A DNA stretch of 64,000 bases from positions 114,206,001 through 114,270,000 of the forward strand of contig NC_045696.1 in assembly GCF_009834535.1 (NCBI RefSeq). Direction: 5' to 3'. Of the stretch, positions 34,054 through 47,700 are shown piece after piece. Position 1 is the stretch's first letter; every line of letters begins with the position of its first letter. The position numbers were made by a program, and so were the translations under genes. The notes below the pieces were generated by a model. The model was not told the DNA's origin and did no database searches. It saw only the letters and a program-made list of their open reading frames with translations. This DNA comes from Camelus ferus. Its lineage: Eukaryota.

Positions 34054-36069
34054 CCTTCCTTGCAGAGCACCTTTGTACTCTGTGTAAGCAGTTTGTCCCC
34101 ATATTGTGTGTTTTTAAGTCAGGAAATCTTAGGTTGGTTGGGAATTTATAAGTTAGTTGATGTAGTTCTTATCAGATGAATGCATCTTCTTTATAGATCT
34201 CCTGGCAGGTGGGAATTCAGGCTTCTGGAATCACAGGAATACACCATTCTGACTGAGAAAGTTCTTTCCTGTGTTTCTTTTTCACTAGCTCCCCTCAGAA
34301 TTCTTTTGTCTGATCTGAAGAGCCACTCTCCACCTACTTTTCCATTCAATTCCTGAGCCAGTTCCTCAGCTGGCTGGTTCCTGAGCTAGTCTTAATGCAA
34401 CTTGATGGATTTGCATTCCCATCAGAGGATGGGATCCAGACCATGACTGACATCTGACAGGTCTAAGGTGTGCCCCTATCCAAGCTACACCCTTCACGCA
34501 CCCACTCTGCTGTTCATCTCTTGTGCCTCTGCTTCTCTCTGGTTTTCCCTCTGGGATTGTTACCCGAGTCGGAATCTCTCCCTTACTGGGGCCCTGACAA
34601 CCCTCCAGCCCTTTCCCATCTGTCTATCCCAGGCATTGGATGGATGGATTCAACCTGAATGATCCCTCCCTACCCCCAGTACTGTGATGCCCACATCTGT
34701 TACTATTGCAGGTGGAAACTTAGGCACTGATGCCATCTGAAAGTGAATCTAAGCCAGTCAGGTACCCCTGAGCATTCTAATCTAGATTCTTGATTTATAT
34801 CCCCGAAGTTCGTCCCAATGCCAGATAAGTCCCACAACTCTGGTACTTCTGGATTTCTCTGCCTAGTCTTACCTTGAAAGTTCCAGTCCGTCTTTCTGTG
34901 AGTCTCTCCAGGTTATAGTATTGGTTCTAATTCTTCATATTGTTTCTAATTCTAGCCCAGGGGGCCATGTCTATGACAGCTCTTCATGAATCGATTTGAA
35001 GATGCTTACTATTTGAGTTTTCTCTTGCTGCGTAACAAACAACCCCTGCTCAACACAGTAACTTTTTTGCTAATGATCTTGCAGTTTGGCAAAATTCAGT
35101 GGGGAAAAGCTCATTTTTGCTCTATGTGATGTCAGCCAGGGTAGTTTGATGACATAAGAATCATCCAAGTGGTTCATCTAAGTGATTCACTAAGGGCACA
35201 GCCATCAGATTTGTGTTGACTGAACATTGCTGTGTTAGACAAGAGATGACAATCTAAATTATCTTGACAGGGTAGAGCAGTCATTTAGATCTAATAAGGC
35301 AAAACTTTACAAGGACAGCTATTAAGTAGTTGAATTGAGTCTAAAATTCAGCTTTCTCAGTATAAGATAGAAGTGCCATGCAGTACCAAGAGGAGATTAG
35401 AAAAAGAAGCCTTAGTCATAATCAATAATAAGTTCAGTGTCAGTTAGCAATGAAATGTAACTTTTAAGGAAGTTAACAGGACCTTGGGTTGTATCAAGCA
35501 AGATGTAAGCTTTAAGGGAAAGGAGGTGAAAATCTTGTTCTATATTCCATATGGGTTTACATTAAAATATTGCATCATGTTCTTTGTAGGGTACTTAGGA
35601 GGAAAAAAGAATTAAAACTAGATTAGAGGAGGAAAAAGCCAGTATATTTATGGTCTATAGTTTTCTTAAGAACAGGGTCCATGTCTTAGGTCACTGCAGC
35701 ATCATGAACACCTGTCTCCATTCCTGGCATAACCATAATTATTGTTGTTCAAGCAATGTTTTCCATATCTTGGTAAGACTTGGACTGATGCCATGTAAGT
35801 AGTGGGAAAGGAACCAGGGCTTTTCAGCTGAGAGAAGACCGAAGTGGAGAGGGAAAGGGTGAAACAGGGTGAGATGTGTCTCTGGGGACTGTGGTGGATT
35901 ACAGAAGGCTGCAAAATCTTTGTCAGTCCCCTCCATCAGGAAGTGGAGCTACAGTATGTCTTTTTTGTATAAGCTCTATCACACACAGGACTTTCTCTGG
36001 GGCATACACTTAGGAATAAAATTTAGGGTTATAGAGTATTTTGAAATGATCTTCAAATGAGACATTGCA

Positions 36070-36722
36070 TATTCTGTATAGTGTTTGACAATTCATGGAT
36101 AAACCCTTGAAACCATCACCATAATTGGGACACAGAACATTTCATTTTTTTTTTAAATTGACGTATGGTCAGTCATTTACAACATTGTGTTAGTTTCTGG
36201 TGTACAGCATAGTGATTCAGTTATACACACACACACACATATATATATATATTCCTTTTCATATTATTTTCCACTATAGGCGATTACAAGGTATTGATTA
36301 TAGTTCTCTGTGTTCTGCAGTAAGACACAGAACATCTCTACCACCTTCCAAAGTTTCCTCACATCCTTGTCCTATCACTCTTCCCTTCCATCCCCAGTCC
36401 TCAGGCAACCCCTGATCTGTCACCATAGGTTACTTGCATTTTCTAGAATGTCTTACAGATGGAATCATACAGTATGTACTTTTTTGTATCTGGCCTCTTT
36501 CACTCAACACAATGATTTTGAGGCTCAGGTGCTTTGCTGCTCTTCCAGGACTGTTCCTTTTTAATGGCCGAGTGGTATTCCACTGTAGGCACAGAACACA
36601 TTTTCTTCATTTACTTCCTGATTGGTAGACATTTGCTTCCAGATTTTTGCTCTTATCAATAAAGCTGTTTTGAATACTCATGTGTGTGTCTTGGTGTGGA
36701 CGTATGTTTTCATTTCTCTTCA
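36070..36722 (-). mobile_element. Old L1 3' fragment containing a nested younger L1 tail (36144-36323)
   Basis: Nested insert flanked by TSD GACACAGAACAT at 36129-36140 and 36324-36335. Confidence 0.85.
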
Positions 36723-37834
36723 GTACCTAGACGACTTCTCCTTGTTTTGTCTTTTGCTTTGTTTTGTTTTTCCACCAGACTCTTCCTGCCTAGAATTAAC
36801 ACCACCATTCTGCAGTTTTGAAAACCTAACTTATGCCCTATTTTGAAAACTGCAGCAAAATTTACCCACCTCCAACCTCCTGTGATATCCTGATAGTTCC
36901 TCATAGACACTGGTGAATATGCTAAGAAACTGGGCAGCCAACATGATGAGTGTTTATACTGAAGAGAGATTACTCTGGGTGAGGACAATGAGAAACTTCC
37001 ATGACAAGGAGGGGATAGTGAAAGGGGGCTTGGAAAGCAGGGACGAATTTGGTCATGATGAGGTGAGGACAAATGATACAAAAGTCAGATGCACAGACAG
37101 CATGAACAAAGGCCCTGTGGCAGGAAAGGGAGGCACCTCAGGGCAGCGATCTGCGGGGTGATGGGAGCTGGGGAAAACGTGGCCATGAGATCAGGTACAG
37201 TGGTGGGTGGACTGTAGTCAGACCAACACCAGCCTCTGAATACCAGGCGAGGAACCTGAACTTGACGGTGACTGTGATGTCCTGCAGGAAATGCTCAGGC
37301 TGTGCCTCACGATTAAAGGGACCAAAGGAAAATGACATGAAAAGCAGGAAAGCCAGGTGCGAATCTGCTGTACTTAAAGAAAAAAAAAAAAAAAGATAAC
37401 AAGGACCTGAATCTGAGTGATAATGACTCTGCTTGGTATTAGAAGTTCACATAATTTTTGTGTCATTTACTGCTTTGGGCTAATCTTGCAACTTCTTTTC
37501 CACATTAATCTAAACTAGCTTTAAGTACCTAATTGTATGTATGCCAACTGATATTTTTCTGATTTTAAAAATTTATAAACACAGCTCTCAAGTTATGCCA
37601 TTTGCAGATGGAAAGAATGAAAATGTAAATAAATTGAAACTATCTATTTAACCCATTAGATTAATACACTGTTTATGATCCTTGGGTAATATTTGGGTTA
37701 GTAACTCTTTTAGGTGACGTCTCTTTTTGCTGATATCTAAAAGACCCATAATGTTTTACAGTTCCTGAAGAATTTAATAAAGGCTTAATAAAGTTTAAGT
37801 ATAAAATTGAAGAACGTACAGTACACCCACATAC

Positions 37835-38420
37835 ATTTTATTTTATTTTATGTGGTATAATTTACACACAGATCTTAAATACATAGTTTGATGAGTTTCA
37901 CAAACATATACATGCACATAACCTCACCCTAATGGGATAGAGAACTTTTCATCGCCCAGAACGTGCTCTTGTGCTTTTCCCAGACAATCTGCACCCCTCT
38001 GTACCCCACGACCACCATCCTGGCTTATCACTAGAGACTGGTTTCGACTGTCCTAGAATTTCATACATGGAATCACACAATGTGCACTTTTTCGTACGTG
38101 ATGTTCTCTCCTCTAACCGTGTTTTAGAGGTTTGTCCGTGATGGTTCCATAGCGCCCTAGTTCCTTCCTTTATGTTGCTGAGCAGTGCTCTCGTATACGC
38201 ATACGCCGCTGTTTGGTTCAGCCACCCTCCTGTTGGTTGGGGCTGTTTCCAGGCTGGGGCCATTGTGAATAGAACTGCTGTGAACATTTTGGGGCAGGTC
38301 TCTTTGTGGTCATATGGTTCCATTTCTTAGACCGGCACCTCGGGAGCCGTGGCCGGGTCATATGGTAGGTGTGTGTCTAACCTTTTAAGAAACAACTAAA
38401 CTGTTTCCTGAAGCATTTCA
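37835..38420 (-). mobile_element. Old L1 3' fragment
   Basis: Antisense L1M motifs (TAGAATTTCATACATGGAATCA, GGGCTGTTTCCAGGCTGGGGCCATTGTGAATAG). Confidence 0.75.
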
Positions 38421-39614
38421 ATTTTATAGTGTATTTTAGGACTGTGTGGTTCTGAATGTCTTATTTGTAGAAAGCCTACCACAAGGCTTGGTTAAGAATG
38501 CAATATACACATTAAGCTTACTGTGATATTTCCTGTGACAGTGAGGTCCTGGCAATTACAGATGGCTGGCCTAGCCATCAACATCATTTCCCCCCTAATT
38601 ATGCTATAAATTAGGGGGTGACCCCTGAGCCTCTTCTGGTAAGCACTTCAGTATCTGGAAGGGGAACATGAAATCCTCTGAGGTGTTCTTAAGTGGTGCC
38701 TAAAGGAAAAATACGCTGTGATGTCACATAAGTTAATAATTTTAAAGAGCCTGTAGGCTTGGCGGTGGAATTAAATGCTTAAGAATAATTCAGGAGTGGC
38801 TTACGGAAACGTAAAAAATGTGAAACATTTAGTGGATCTGAAATTCTGCTCCTGACACATATGTGTGACACCTGAGAGTGCTTACCTGGGAATTTATTAC
38901 CAGCTTCTGAGCAAACAAAGCCTGACCTACATTTGACTAAAGTCAGCTGTCTTTGGTTAATCCTATGGGCTTCTTTTTATTAATGTCACGATCACTAATG
39001 TGGTATAACGTTGTCATTACCAAATCGCACAGCAGGATGAGCTGCAGCTGTTATCTCTCTTTCTGAACCTACTGAGTCATTAAATCTGAGTTTGGGGGGA
39101 ATACAAGTTGTAAAGATTATTCAAATTCTGATTGAGAAATAGGACTACTGGGAAATTGTAAGTACATAAAGTAAAACTCCGAATCAATCAAGGTTCTCTC
39201 TCTCTCTCCTTTTTTTTTTTTTTTTGGTGAAGGTTGAATGTTCAAAATTGTTCCTTATGTTTAATTTAAAATCAAACATCAAGGAAATAGAAGGTGAATG
39301 GAAGAAAATAAAAGAACCATAACATTTACAAGCTAAGTCTCTTTTTCTGTTGAGAAAGTGATGTGCTGTTACTGAGGAAATAAGAAGATCATTTTCCTTC
39401 AAAAGATTATAACATTTTGTTTCAAGGATCTTAATATTAATTTAAGAAGGGTATGCTTTCATTCTAACAAGATGGAGAAGGTGGGATTTCTCTTGAAAAA
39501 CTAAAGGAAATTTTGTTGTACTGTTTGTAGGTATTCCTTGCAAAAATTTCTCTCTTCTTTTAGAATTCTTACTTTGCCTTTGGTCACAATTAGTCCTTTG
39601 TCAAGAGTATAAGC

Positions 39615-40215
39615 CAGCAGTTCCCAGACTGGACCAAGTTACCTGAGGGTGGCTCCAAAACTTTCCAGGTTTTTTTGGGAAGTACCTCGATACGCAGTAT
39701 TTGTTGAAAATCGCATAAACTACTGTCCCCAAGAAAGTTCACAGTTTCTTCAGTATGATTTACTATGTTTCTCTCCATGATGTCAATTTTTGACAAAGTT
39801 GCATTTTGACAGTTGCTGTTTCACAGCAACCACTGCATGAGACTCAAAGGGGATGAGGGGTAAGGATGATGGTGTCCAATCTGATTCCAAAGCTTGAGAA
39901 TCTGTGCAGGGCCCAGGAGGCACATATCCTGTTTAGTAAGTGCTTGTGGTTATTTAAGTATGAAAAAAAACCCCATATTTTCTTTTAGTTTATGTGTATT
40001 AGTTTTTCAAATGCCTACTAAGCTGGTAGGACAAGCAAAACAAAACAACAACAAAAAAAAATCAAAACCAAAACAAGAACCTTACCAAGTTTTATGGACC
40101 TCACAACGAGTAAATAAAGCAGTTGATTCTTTCTTCCAGGTTAGGGATGCCATGAAAAAATTATGAAGTCACTTAAGGATCCCTGGAAAGTGAGAAATTT
40201 GGGGGAATCCCTGGT
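39615..40215. mobile_element. hAT-Charlie relic
   Basis: CAGCAGTTCCCA start and internal GTCCAATCTGATTCCAAAGCTTGAGAA Charlie-type motif. Confidence 0.55.
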
Positions 40216-40660
40216 ATAACCTGATGATCACATAAGACACTTTCTGACGTGTTAAGCTAATTCAACTTCTGTGTTTTTGAAGTTATTTAAAAATGTTGGG
40301 AGCAACAGAGTTCAGAGACTGGCATTTCTGAGGCCCTTTTCTACTAGACAGTATTTTGGAACTCAGGTTTCTGCAATGGTGTCGTTGACTCCAAGCAAAA
40401 ACTAAGTTGAAAAGCTTGTCTTTGGCATCAAACGCTATGGGCACCGAAGTCCCTGAATATCTGGGCTGCTTGCTCCCATACCTCCACCAAGCTCATTAAA
40501 AATGCAGACTCTCAGCCCCCGCCCAGACCTGTTGAATCAGAAGCTGCATTATAAGAAGAACTCAGGGTGACACACATGCACATTAAAGTTGAGAAGCACT
40601 GCTCTACCACTCTATTACATCTCACCTCACCCTTCCTAGACGGAATCCCACATTTCTTTT

Positions 40661-40762
40661 ATTTTATTAAGATTTTTTAAACTTTAATGGAGGTACTGGG
40701 GATTGAACCCAGGACCTCGTGCATACTAAGCATGTGCTCTACCACTGGGCTATCCCCTCCTC
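40661..40762 (-). mobile_element. Vic-1-like SINE with TSD
   Basis: Antisense tRNA-Ala head; TSD CCCACATT(T/C)C(T/C)TTT at 40647-40660 and 40763-40776. Confidence 0.9.
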
Positions 40763-40776
40763 CCCACATTCCCTTT

Positions 40777-41128
40777 ATTTATTTTTTTTAACATTTTTTA
40801 TTGAGTTATAATCATTTTACAATGTTGTGTCAAATTCCAGTGTAGAGCACAATTTTTCAGTTATACATGAACATATATATATTCATTGTCACATTTTTTT
40901 CACTGTGAGCTACCAGAAGATCTTGTATATATTTCCCTGTGCTATACAGTATAATCTTGTTTATCTATTCTAAAATTTTGAAATCCCAGTCTATCTCTTC
41001 CCACCCCCTGCCCCCTTGGCAACCGCAAGTTTGTATTCTATGTCTATGAGTCTATTTCTGTTTTGTATTTATGCTGTTTTTTTTTTTTTTTTTTTAGATT
41101 CCACATATGAGCAATCTCATATGGTATT
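40777..41128 (-). mobile_element. L1 3'UTR fragment, similar to the young L1 at 17093-18590
   Basis: Its reverse complement matches 18229-18590 (ATACCATATGAGATTGCTCATATGTGGAATCTAAAA...). Confidence 0.92.
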
Positions 41129-41320
41129 AAAGTGTCTTTAAAACCTACTTTCTTGGTGCCCTGTTTGCTTGGGGCCATACTGTCCACTAGTTAAACCAGA
41201 TCTTCCTAACGAATTAATGCCTGAGAATAGTTGGAATGTGCTCTCATATCCCAGATAACCTAGGAATTTTGGAAGGAGCTTCATATAAACATCTAACCCA
41301 GTGCTTTCAAAATATCTGAC

Positions 41321-41725
41321 TGTTTTGGACTGAATGTTTGTGTCATCCCTGCCCTCCTACCTGCCCTATCCATCAGTTGAAGCCCTTACCCTGAAATGTG
41401 ATGGTATTTGAACATGGGGACTTGGAGGTAATCAGTGTTAGATGAGGTCATGGGGGGGGGCCCTCATGATGGGATTAGTGCCCTTGTAAGAAGAGTCACA
41501 GAGAGCTTGCTCTCTCTCCCAGCATGAGAATGAAGAAGAGGTCACGTGAGCACACAGCCAGACGGCAGCTGCCTCCAATCTAAGAAAAGGGGCTTCAGGG
41601 TGAAACCTACCTTGCTGGCACCTTGGTCTTGCGTGTCCCAGCTTCCAGAGCCACGAGAAATCAAATCTGTTGTCCAAGCCACTCACTCTGTGTTGTTCTG
41701 GGTTCCCGTCATAGCTGAAAGGGAC
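41321..41725 (+). mobile_element. MaLR (MLT1) solo LTR
   Basis: TGTTTTGGACTGAATGTTTGTGTC...GGGCCCTCATGATGGGATTAGTGCCCTT...AAGCCACTCA. Confidence 0.88.
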
Positions 41726-44374
41726 GTTCACAACGTCCAGAGCAAATGAAGGAGGGGGATGTCCTCAAATTCCTTGCAGCAGGGACCCATGTAGAGGCCC
41801 CCACCTTGACTTCCAAACAGGACAGAACATCTACAAAAGGGAAGGTGATGGCCTCAGCATAAATCTGAAGAGAACCTGGGAGAATCTTCTGCTATTGGCT
41901 CACACCGTGGTTGCCCTTATGACGGAGCTGACCTCAGGGACCTCTCCTCCAGGAAGGCTGGCCAGCCAGCTGTGCTCAAGTTTCCTGCTACCAGCGGGAT
42001 GGCTCCTATTGCTGGCGGCTTCGCTCCTGGAACCTCACTACCAGACCCAAGCAGCCTCCTAGGAGCTCAAACCCCTGGGGGTTCCTGATTGTGGGGCCCA
42101 CCCCAGCCTCTCATCTGTCCATGGCTCTGCGTCACACAGCCTCTCCTCCCTGGGGTGGGGATGCCACCATGCGGACCACGACAAGGGTGCTGGCCTGGGA
42201 GGTTCTGCATGTGATCTCTGCCTGGACAGAGATGCTGAAGAGATGGGGAAGGCACAGCAGGCCACTGCTGAAAGGCTGTGACCCAGGAGGAATTTCAGTG
42301 TGAACAGCGGGCTCCAGCTCCTGAATTTACTGCTACTCCACCTGGAGTTGCAGACGAGTCTGAAAGAGCAGGTACCTCTGCGCCATCCAGGGTTCCCTGC
42401 TGAGGATGGGTCCACAGCCCCCATGGCCCAGGTAGGAAGAACCACTGAGCGAATTTAGGCTGTTCTTTACAGACTCTTAACAAGAAAGTGGAAATAAGAT
42501 CGACTGAAAATAAACAGTTTCAACAAACAAATTATAGCAGCAGGAACCAAAGCCCTGTGGGGTGGGATGGCTCTGCGGTCCACGGTCATTGAACAGCAGG
42601 GCTGGGGATGGAGCTTGGGTCCTTATTCTACTTCTTCTTTTCCAAGTAATGAAAGTGATGACGGCAAACACTTATCTGGTTCTTACTACGTGCCAGGCGC
42701 TGATGGTGATCAGCACAAACTTTGTCATTGCCCTAAGTACCCACATCTCTTGCTTTATTTGACATGACTTACGAGGTAGGTAATATTACCCTCCTCTTTC
42801 TGCAGATGAGGAAACCAGCAGCTGGAGGCCACTGTAATTTAGGTACAAACATCATTTATTTACTGAGTGATGGGTCCCTGTGCTGGTACCAGTTTCTAGT
42901 CTCTGGGCGCCAGATTTGTCCTTCAGAATTTGCTCAGTGATGATGGGCTGGGCTTTTTCTCATTTCTCCTTTTCAGGGGGTGATGTCGAGCTTGGTGGGT
43001 AGAAGGAGCTGGAGGGACACTGCAGGGGGGCGGTGCTCTTCCTTGTTCCACGGCTGCATTTGCTTCCTCCTGCTGCGGTCAGTCAGTGTATAGAGGGACG
43101 TCTGGTGGTGCTGCTCTGCCCGGCTGTGACCATGAGAGGGCTGTCCCTTAGCAAACTGCAGCCCCAGCCTGGGCCCAGGCACCACCTTGCTCTGGTCCTC
43201 CTGACACAGACATCCCTGATGCTGTCTCTGGTCCTCTCACCAACCTGGCTTGTGCCCTTGACCCGGCGTGGACACCACACGCTCCAGACCTTGCACCTGC
43301 AGTGGCGCCAGCCTCCCTCTGCATGCCTACTCTCCAGCCACGGCTTGCCTGTGCCCTACTTACTCAGCAGCTCTGCTCCAGCCCCGGTCCAGGCAATGCA
43401 GTGACCGTCTTCCCACCCGTGGGCTGCAAGTGTGTCTTCTTCCCTGAGGCTGGATCTCAGCCTCTGAGAGGGGACTTTCCCTCCAAGCTTGTCCTTCCTT
43501 GGGTATTATATTCCTTGGTCCAAGGTCTCCTTTAGAATTCTCTTTACATCTTTGTGGTTATTGTCCTATCAGAGTTTAATCATTCTTTATCTTAAACTTC
43601 TGTTTGGTTACTATCTCTTGATTTTCTAATTGGATCCAGACTGATACAATCTCCTCCCCTTTTCTGCCCGGAATAATCTCTTCAGTTGTCTGCTTTGCTT
43701 TATTTCTGACTCATTTATACCAAGGTATTTTTGTATTACACCAGTAAGCCAGTTGTTCTATCTCTTGGAGTTCAGGGAGTGAGCAAGGTGATCTCTAAGA
43801 AGTGATTGATTCCACAACACATTCAGTCACACAAACTTCTGCTGAGTGCATACTTTATGCAAGGGACCGGGGTTCAGAGGTGGACTGAGGCACCATCTTT
43901 GTTTAGATGAACTCACAGTCCTGTAGAGGAGACACGTGTTTAAATGGATACGTTAGAACACAGCATGAGAACTCTCTGGGCCAGTGTGACTTATTCTGTC
44001 TGATGGAGTTGACCACAGTTCCATCTGAACTGGATCTGGAAGAGTTTACCCAACTCTAAAGCACATGAAAATCTGTTTATATAGGTCACTATATGATTAT
44101 ATACAGGGCCATATAGATAACTGTATACTAAGTTTCTAGACTTTTTTTTTTTATCAGGGAGGGAGAATGTTATTATGCTAGTAAAAATAAAGAGAGATGG
44201 TGAAACATTGTCTCTGTGCTGAAAGTCAGAGGCCAGGGCCACGCAGTCCTGGCTTTGCCATCAGTTCACTGGGGGGCCCTGGAACACAGTGACTCCGTGG
44301 AACTAATCTTCCTTGTCTATACCCTGAGGCCATTACATTACGTAGTCCCAAATGTCTCCTCTAACTCTAAATTT

Positions 44375-44700
44375 AATAGAATAATTTAAATAATTATTAC
44401 ATCATATTATATTATTATAATATTATATTATTACAAATATATAAATAATATATTGTACTATTATAATATAATATTATAAATATATAACATATTACATTAA
44501 TATATATTATATTAAATAATTTAATATATAATTAAATTTTATACTATATTAAATAATAAACAATATCTTAATTATTAAATATATAATATGTTGAATAATA
44601 TATTAATTATTTAATGTATTAATAATATATTATTATTTAATATGTTAACAATATTTTAATTATTTAATATATCAACAATATATTAAATAATAACAATTTA
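44375..44700. repeat. AT-rich low-complexity tract
   Basis: Almost exclusively A/T. Confidence 0.95.
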
Positions 44701-47700
44701 ATGGAATGTGTTTAAATAGCAGATACAGGGTTTATGAAACCAAAAGAAAACTTTAACCAGAGTGTCATTATATATATATATATTATATATATATATTTTA
44801 AAGTAAGGTAGTATTTGGTTAATAATAGGAGACATCTTGGAGGAGATCTCACAGATAGATGCTTTAATCTGGATGAGTTGGTGTGTCTGTTGTTAACGTA
44901 TCTGTATTCAAGGAATGTTTTCACTCGTGCAGAGCTGGCTCTGTAGTGGATACTTCATATTTTCTGAGCAAATGATAAAGTCAGTCCTGCCGCCAGACCG
45001 GAGGTTTTGCCACATCTTTAATTACACTGGTGGCTATAGATAGGTGTTCCTAGGGATCAGATGGTAAGAGGACAAATCACCAGATTGCATGTTGTGAACA
45101 CTTCTCAGAGGCTTGGGAGAGACGCTGAGAAGTAGATCCTTTAATGAACAGCATGGGCAAGGAGAAAATGTCCAGAATGTGTGTATATTTATGTGTCAGG
45201 ATGATGTTGTTAAAGATTTCTGAGAATACTGGTTTCTGAAATTATTTTAAGATATTTAGCATCAGAGGTGGCAAATGGGCTTTTCAACAGATGCTACTTC
45301 TTCTGTCCAGAGTAGTGCAGTATGATGACTGGGGACGTGGGCTTTGGAGGGAGTTTGCCTCGGCTGAAGTTCGAGTTCCAGCACTCAGCAGCCGTGACAG
45401 CTTTGTAAGCTGACTTAAAGTCTCTGAGCGCTAGGTTTACAGGTTTGCAAAATAAGGATGACATAATGGCACTTGCACTGGAGGATTAAAAGAGCTGAGA
45501 CATGGCATGAATTACCACCTTGTCCGGCAGAGAGAAAGCACTCAGTAAAAGTAAGGATTTATTACGCTCCCTAGAGCAGATATCTCAGGAGGACAGTACG
45601 GAGGGCCAGACAGCAGGAGGATGGGAACCAGTCCTGGGTTAGGAGCATACTAACTGTGTATCCTTGGAATAGTACGTTATTATCTTTAATTCCCGAGCTT
45701 TCTATTTGTAAAACTGAACTTAGTAAGTCTGCTCCCTTCCCATATAGGATTGTTGTAAGAACCAAATAAGAATGCATATGTGAGAGTACTTTCTGCAAGC
45801 CATGGGCCAGTGGAAGCAATTCCTGTGAGACAGGATTATCTTTCCCATCCACCATCCTGGCACACAGAGGGAGTCCTGGGTAAGACCTAGTAAGAAGACA
45901 CAAACTTGCTTAGCATCTTTCCCACAGCGTATTCTATTGACTCTCTCCAAAACATATTGAATTCTGTCCACTTCTTTGCCTCCTTGGCTGCCATCTTAGT
46001 TCAAGACACCATCATCTATCACCGAGGGAAGTGGCCTCTTTATTGGTATTCTGCTTCCACTCCTGATCCCTTTTAAACCATTTTCCACTCAATTTCCAGA
46101 GCAATGTCACTCTTCTGCTTAAAGCCCTCTAATGGCTTCCCATAGCCCTCAGAATAAAATCTATGCTCGTTACCCTGAAGTCATGTACAATCCAATCCCT
46201 GCTCACCTCCCTGATTTTATCTTCTGTTGTTTTATGTTGCCCACTACACGGAGCCTCATGAGCCTTCCTTCTATTCTTAAGAAGGCCAATTTCATTCCTA
46301 AGAGCATTGATCTAGTTGCCCTGACAGCCTAGAATATGCTTCTTCCTGATGGCTTCCCCCAGTCCTCTTACAGCTGACTGTTTCTTGTCATTCTGTGGCC
46401 TCCCCAGAGACGTTTTTTTCTGGCCATTTTATTGCAATGTCCTATTTTAATTTTCTCCCTAGCTTATTTCACCATCTGATATTTCCTTTGAAGGTTAGCT
46501 TCGGAAGAACAGAATCTTTGTCTCTCTTGTCTTGTTTGGTGCTTCATTCCAAGGACTTAAAAAATAACTGGCATACAGCAGGTGCTAAAAAGAACCCCAT
46601 TAGTTGAACGTATAAATTAAACTTTGAAAGGGGTCAACATTAGCAAGGACATGCTTATTGTTTTAAATTTTTTGGTTGTTTCACTTAGAAGACACTAAAG
46701 GACCCCAAATCTCTTCCAGGATAGGACTTTAAAGGCTTGAATGTATATTCTTTTCGTCCTCACGTCGTGGAGCATGGAATGGCTCATAACTTCTAGAAGG
46801 ATCTGATCTCCTTTGGCAATAGAGCTGGCATCTGGGGAGGATAACAAGTAGAGAAAAAAAGACTGAAAGCACCACCAGCAATGCAGTGGGGCTGTAGCAG
46901 TAGAATGTCTCCAAATAAACGGTTGAATGTTCATACCATGGAATATAAGGAAGAGAGAAACACTGCTACAGGATGAATCTTGTGATCATAATGGTGGCTG
47001 AAGGAAGCAATCATGTACGAACCATATACTATATGGCTCCATTTACCTGGAGACCATAAACAGGCAAAACTAATGTACAGTAATTAAAGTCAGTGGTTAC
47101 CTTTGAGAGGAAGGTATTGTCTAGGAGGGAACATGAAAATATTCTGTGTTACATGTGTGAAAATGAATACCCTTTTATATTTAATACAACTCAATAAAAA
47201 TATTTTGAAAGTCCATAAATAGCCGTGAAAATGCCTGAGGAGGGGGTGATGGGGGAAAAGAAGGGAGACTGTGCAGGTTCCTTGAAGGTCGACACTGAAT
47301 GGACCCATCATCCTTGGGCTCTGTGAGTAGGTGAGAGAAGCCTGCACGAAACTTCCCGTTGAGATTTCACTTACATTTCCTCTAAGACATAATTAGCCTA
47401 ATCATGGGGTCACAACTCTAGCGCCCAAAGAAAACTCAGGATATTCAATATTGCTTAAGAGTCAAGATTTTAGTAACAAAAACAAGCATAGGAAATGCTG
47501 AACTGTGGAATTAAAAAAAAAAAAAAAAAAAAAGGCCAGCATAAACAGTGACACACACTGCATGCAGAATTTAGCTGCATGACAATGAAAAAGCAATGAG
47601 GCTGAGTGTACTCTGATTTATTTTTTTAAGCAAGGCAGCATAAGTTTCTCAAGTGCAGTAATCAAAGAGGTTTCAATGGCACAAACTAAGCAAGGGAAAA

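Larger units (their letters stand above)
24915..34140 (+). pseudogene. Endogenous bornavirus-like L polymerase (EBLL), decayed and split into many segments by TEs
   Basis: Colinear motifs versus recalled BoDV-1 L: LVSLSERTTSVL~LVIATIDTTSCL (26118-26153), CHELI~CHLLI, LLDLCDALSL~MIDIIDSINL, LRTFKTGKFI~LSIFRAEFI (26706-26735), KSLELQIG~KEKELKVKG (27234-27257), LLNR (27356-27367), QLCTVIS/CWK~KLWTILTSCWE (30916-30946), TGEL (31174-31185), CRVG~CLVG, KGLSD~RGMSD (31860-31874), QVE*WAE~QIRRWIE, WERNV~WGRDL (32271-32285), LENGY~LEKGY (32699-32713), GPLVHR~GTLTHR (32774-32791), KSGNLRLV~KAGLIRML (34116-34139). The 5' and 3' limits are uncertain. Confidence 0.82.

Noticed and set aside
33610..34179. 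Several 100-180 aa ORFs
   Set aside because: They are products of the (ATCC) minisatellite.
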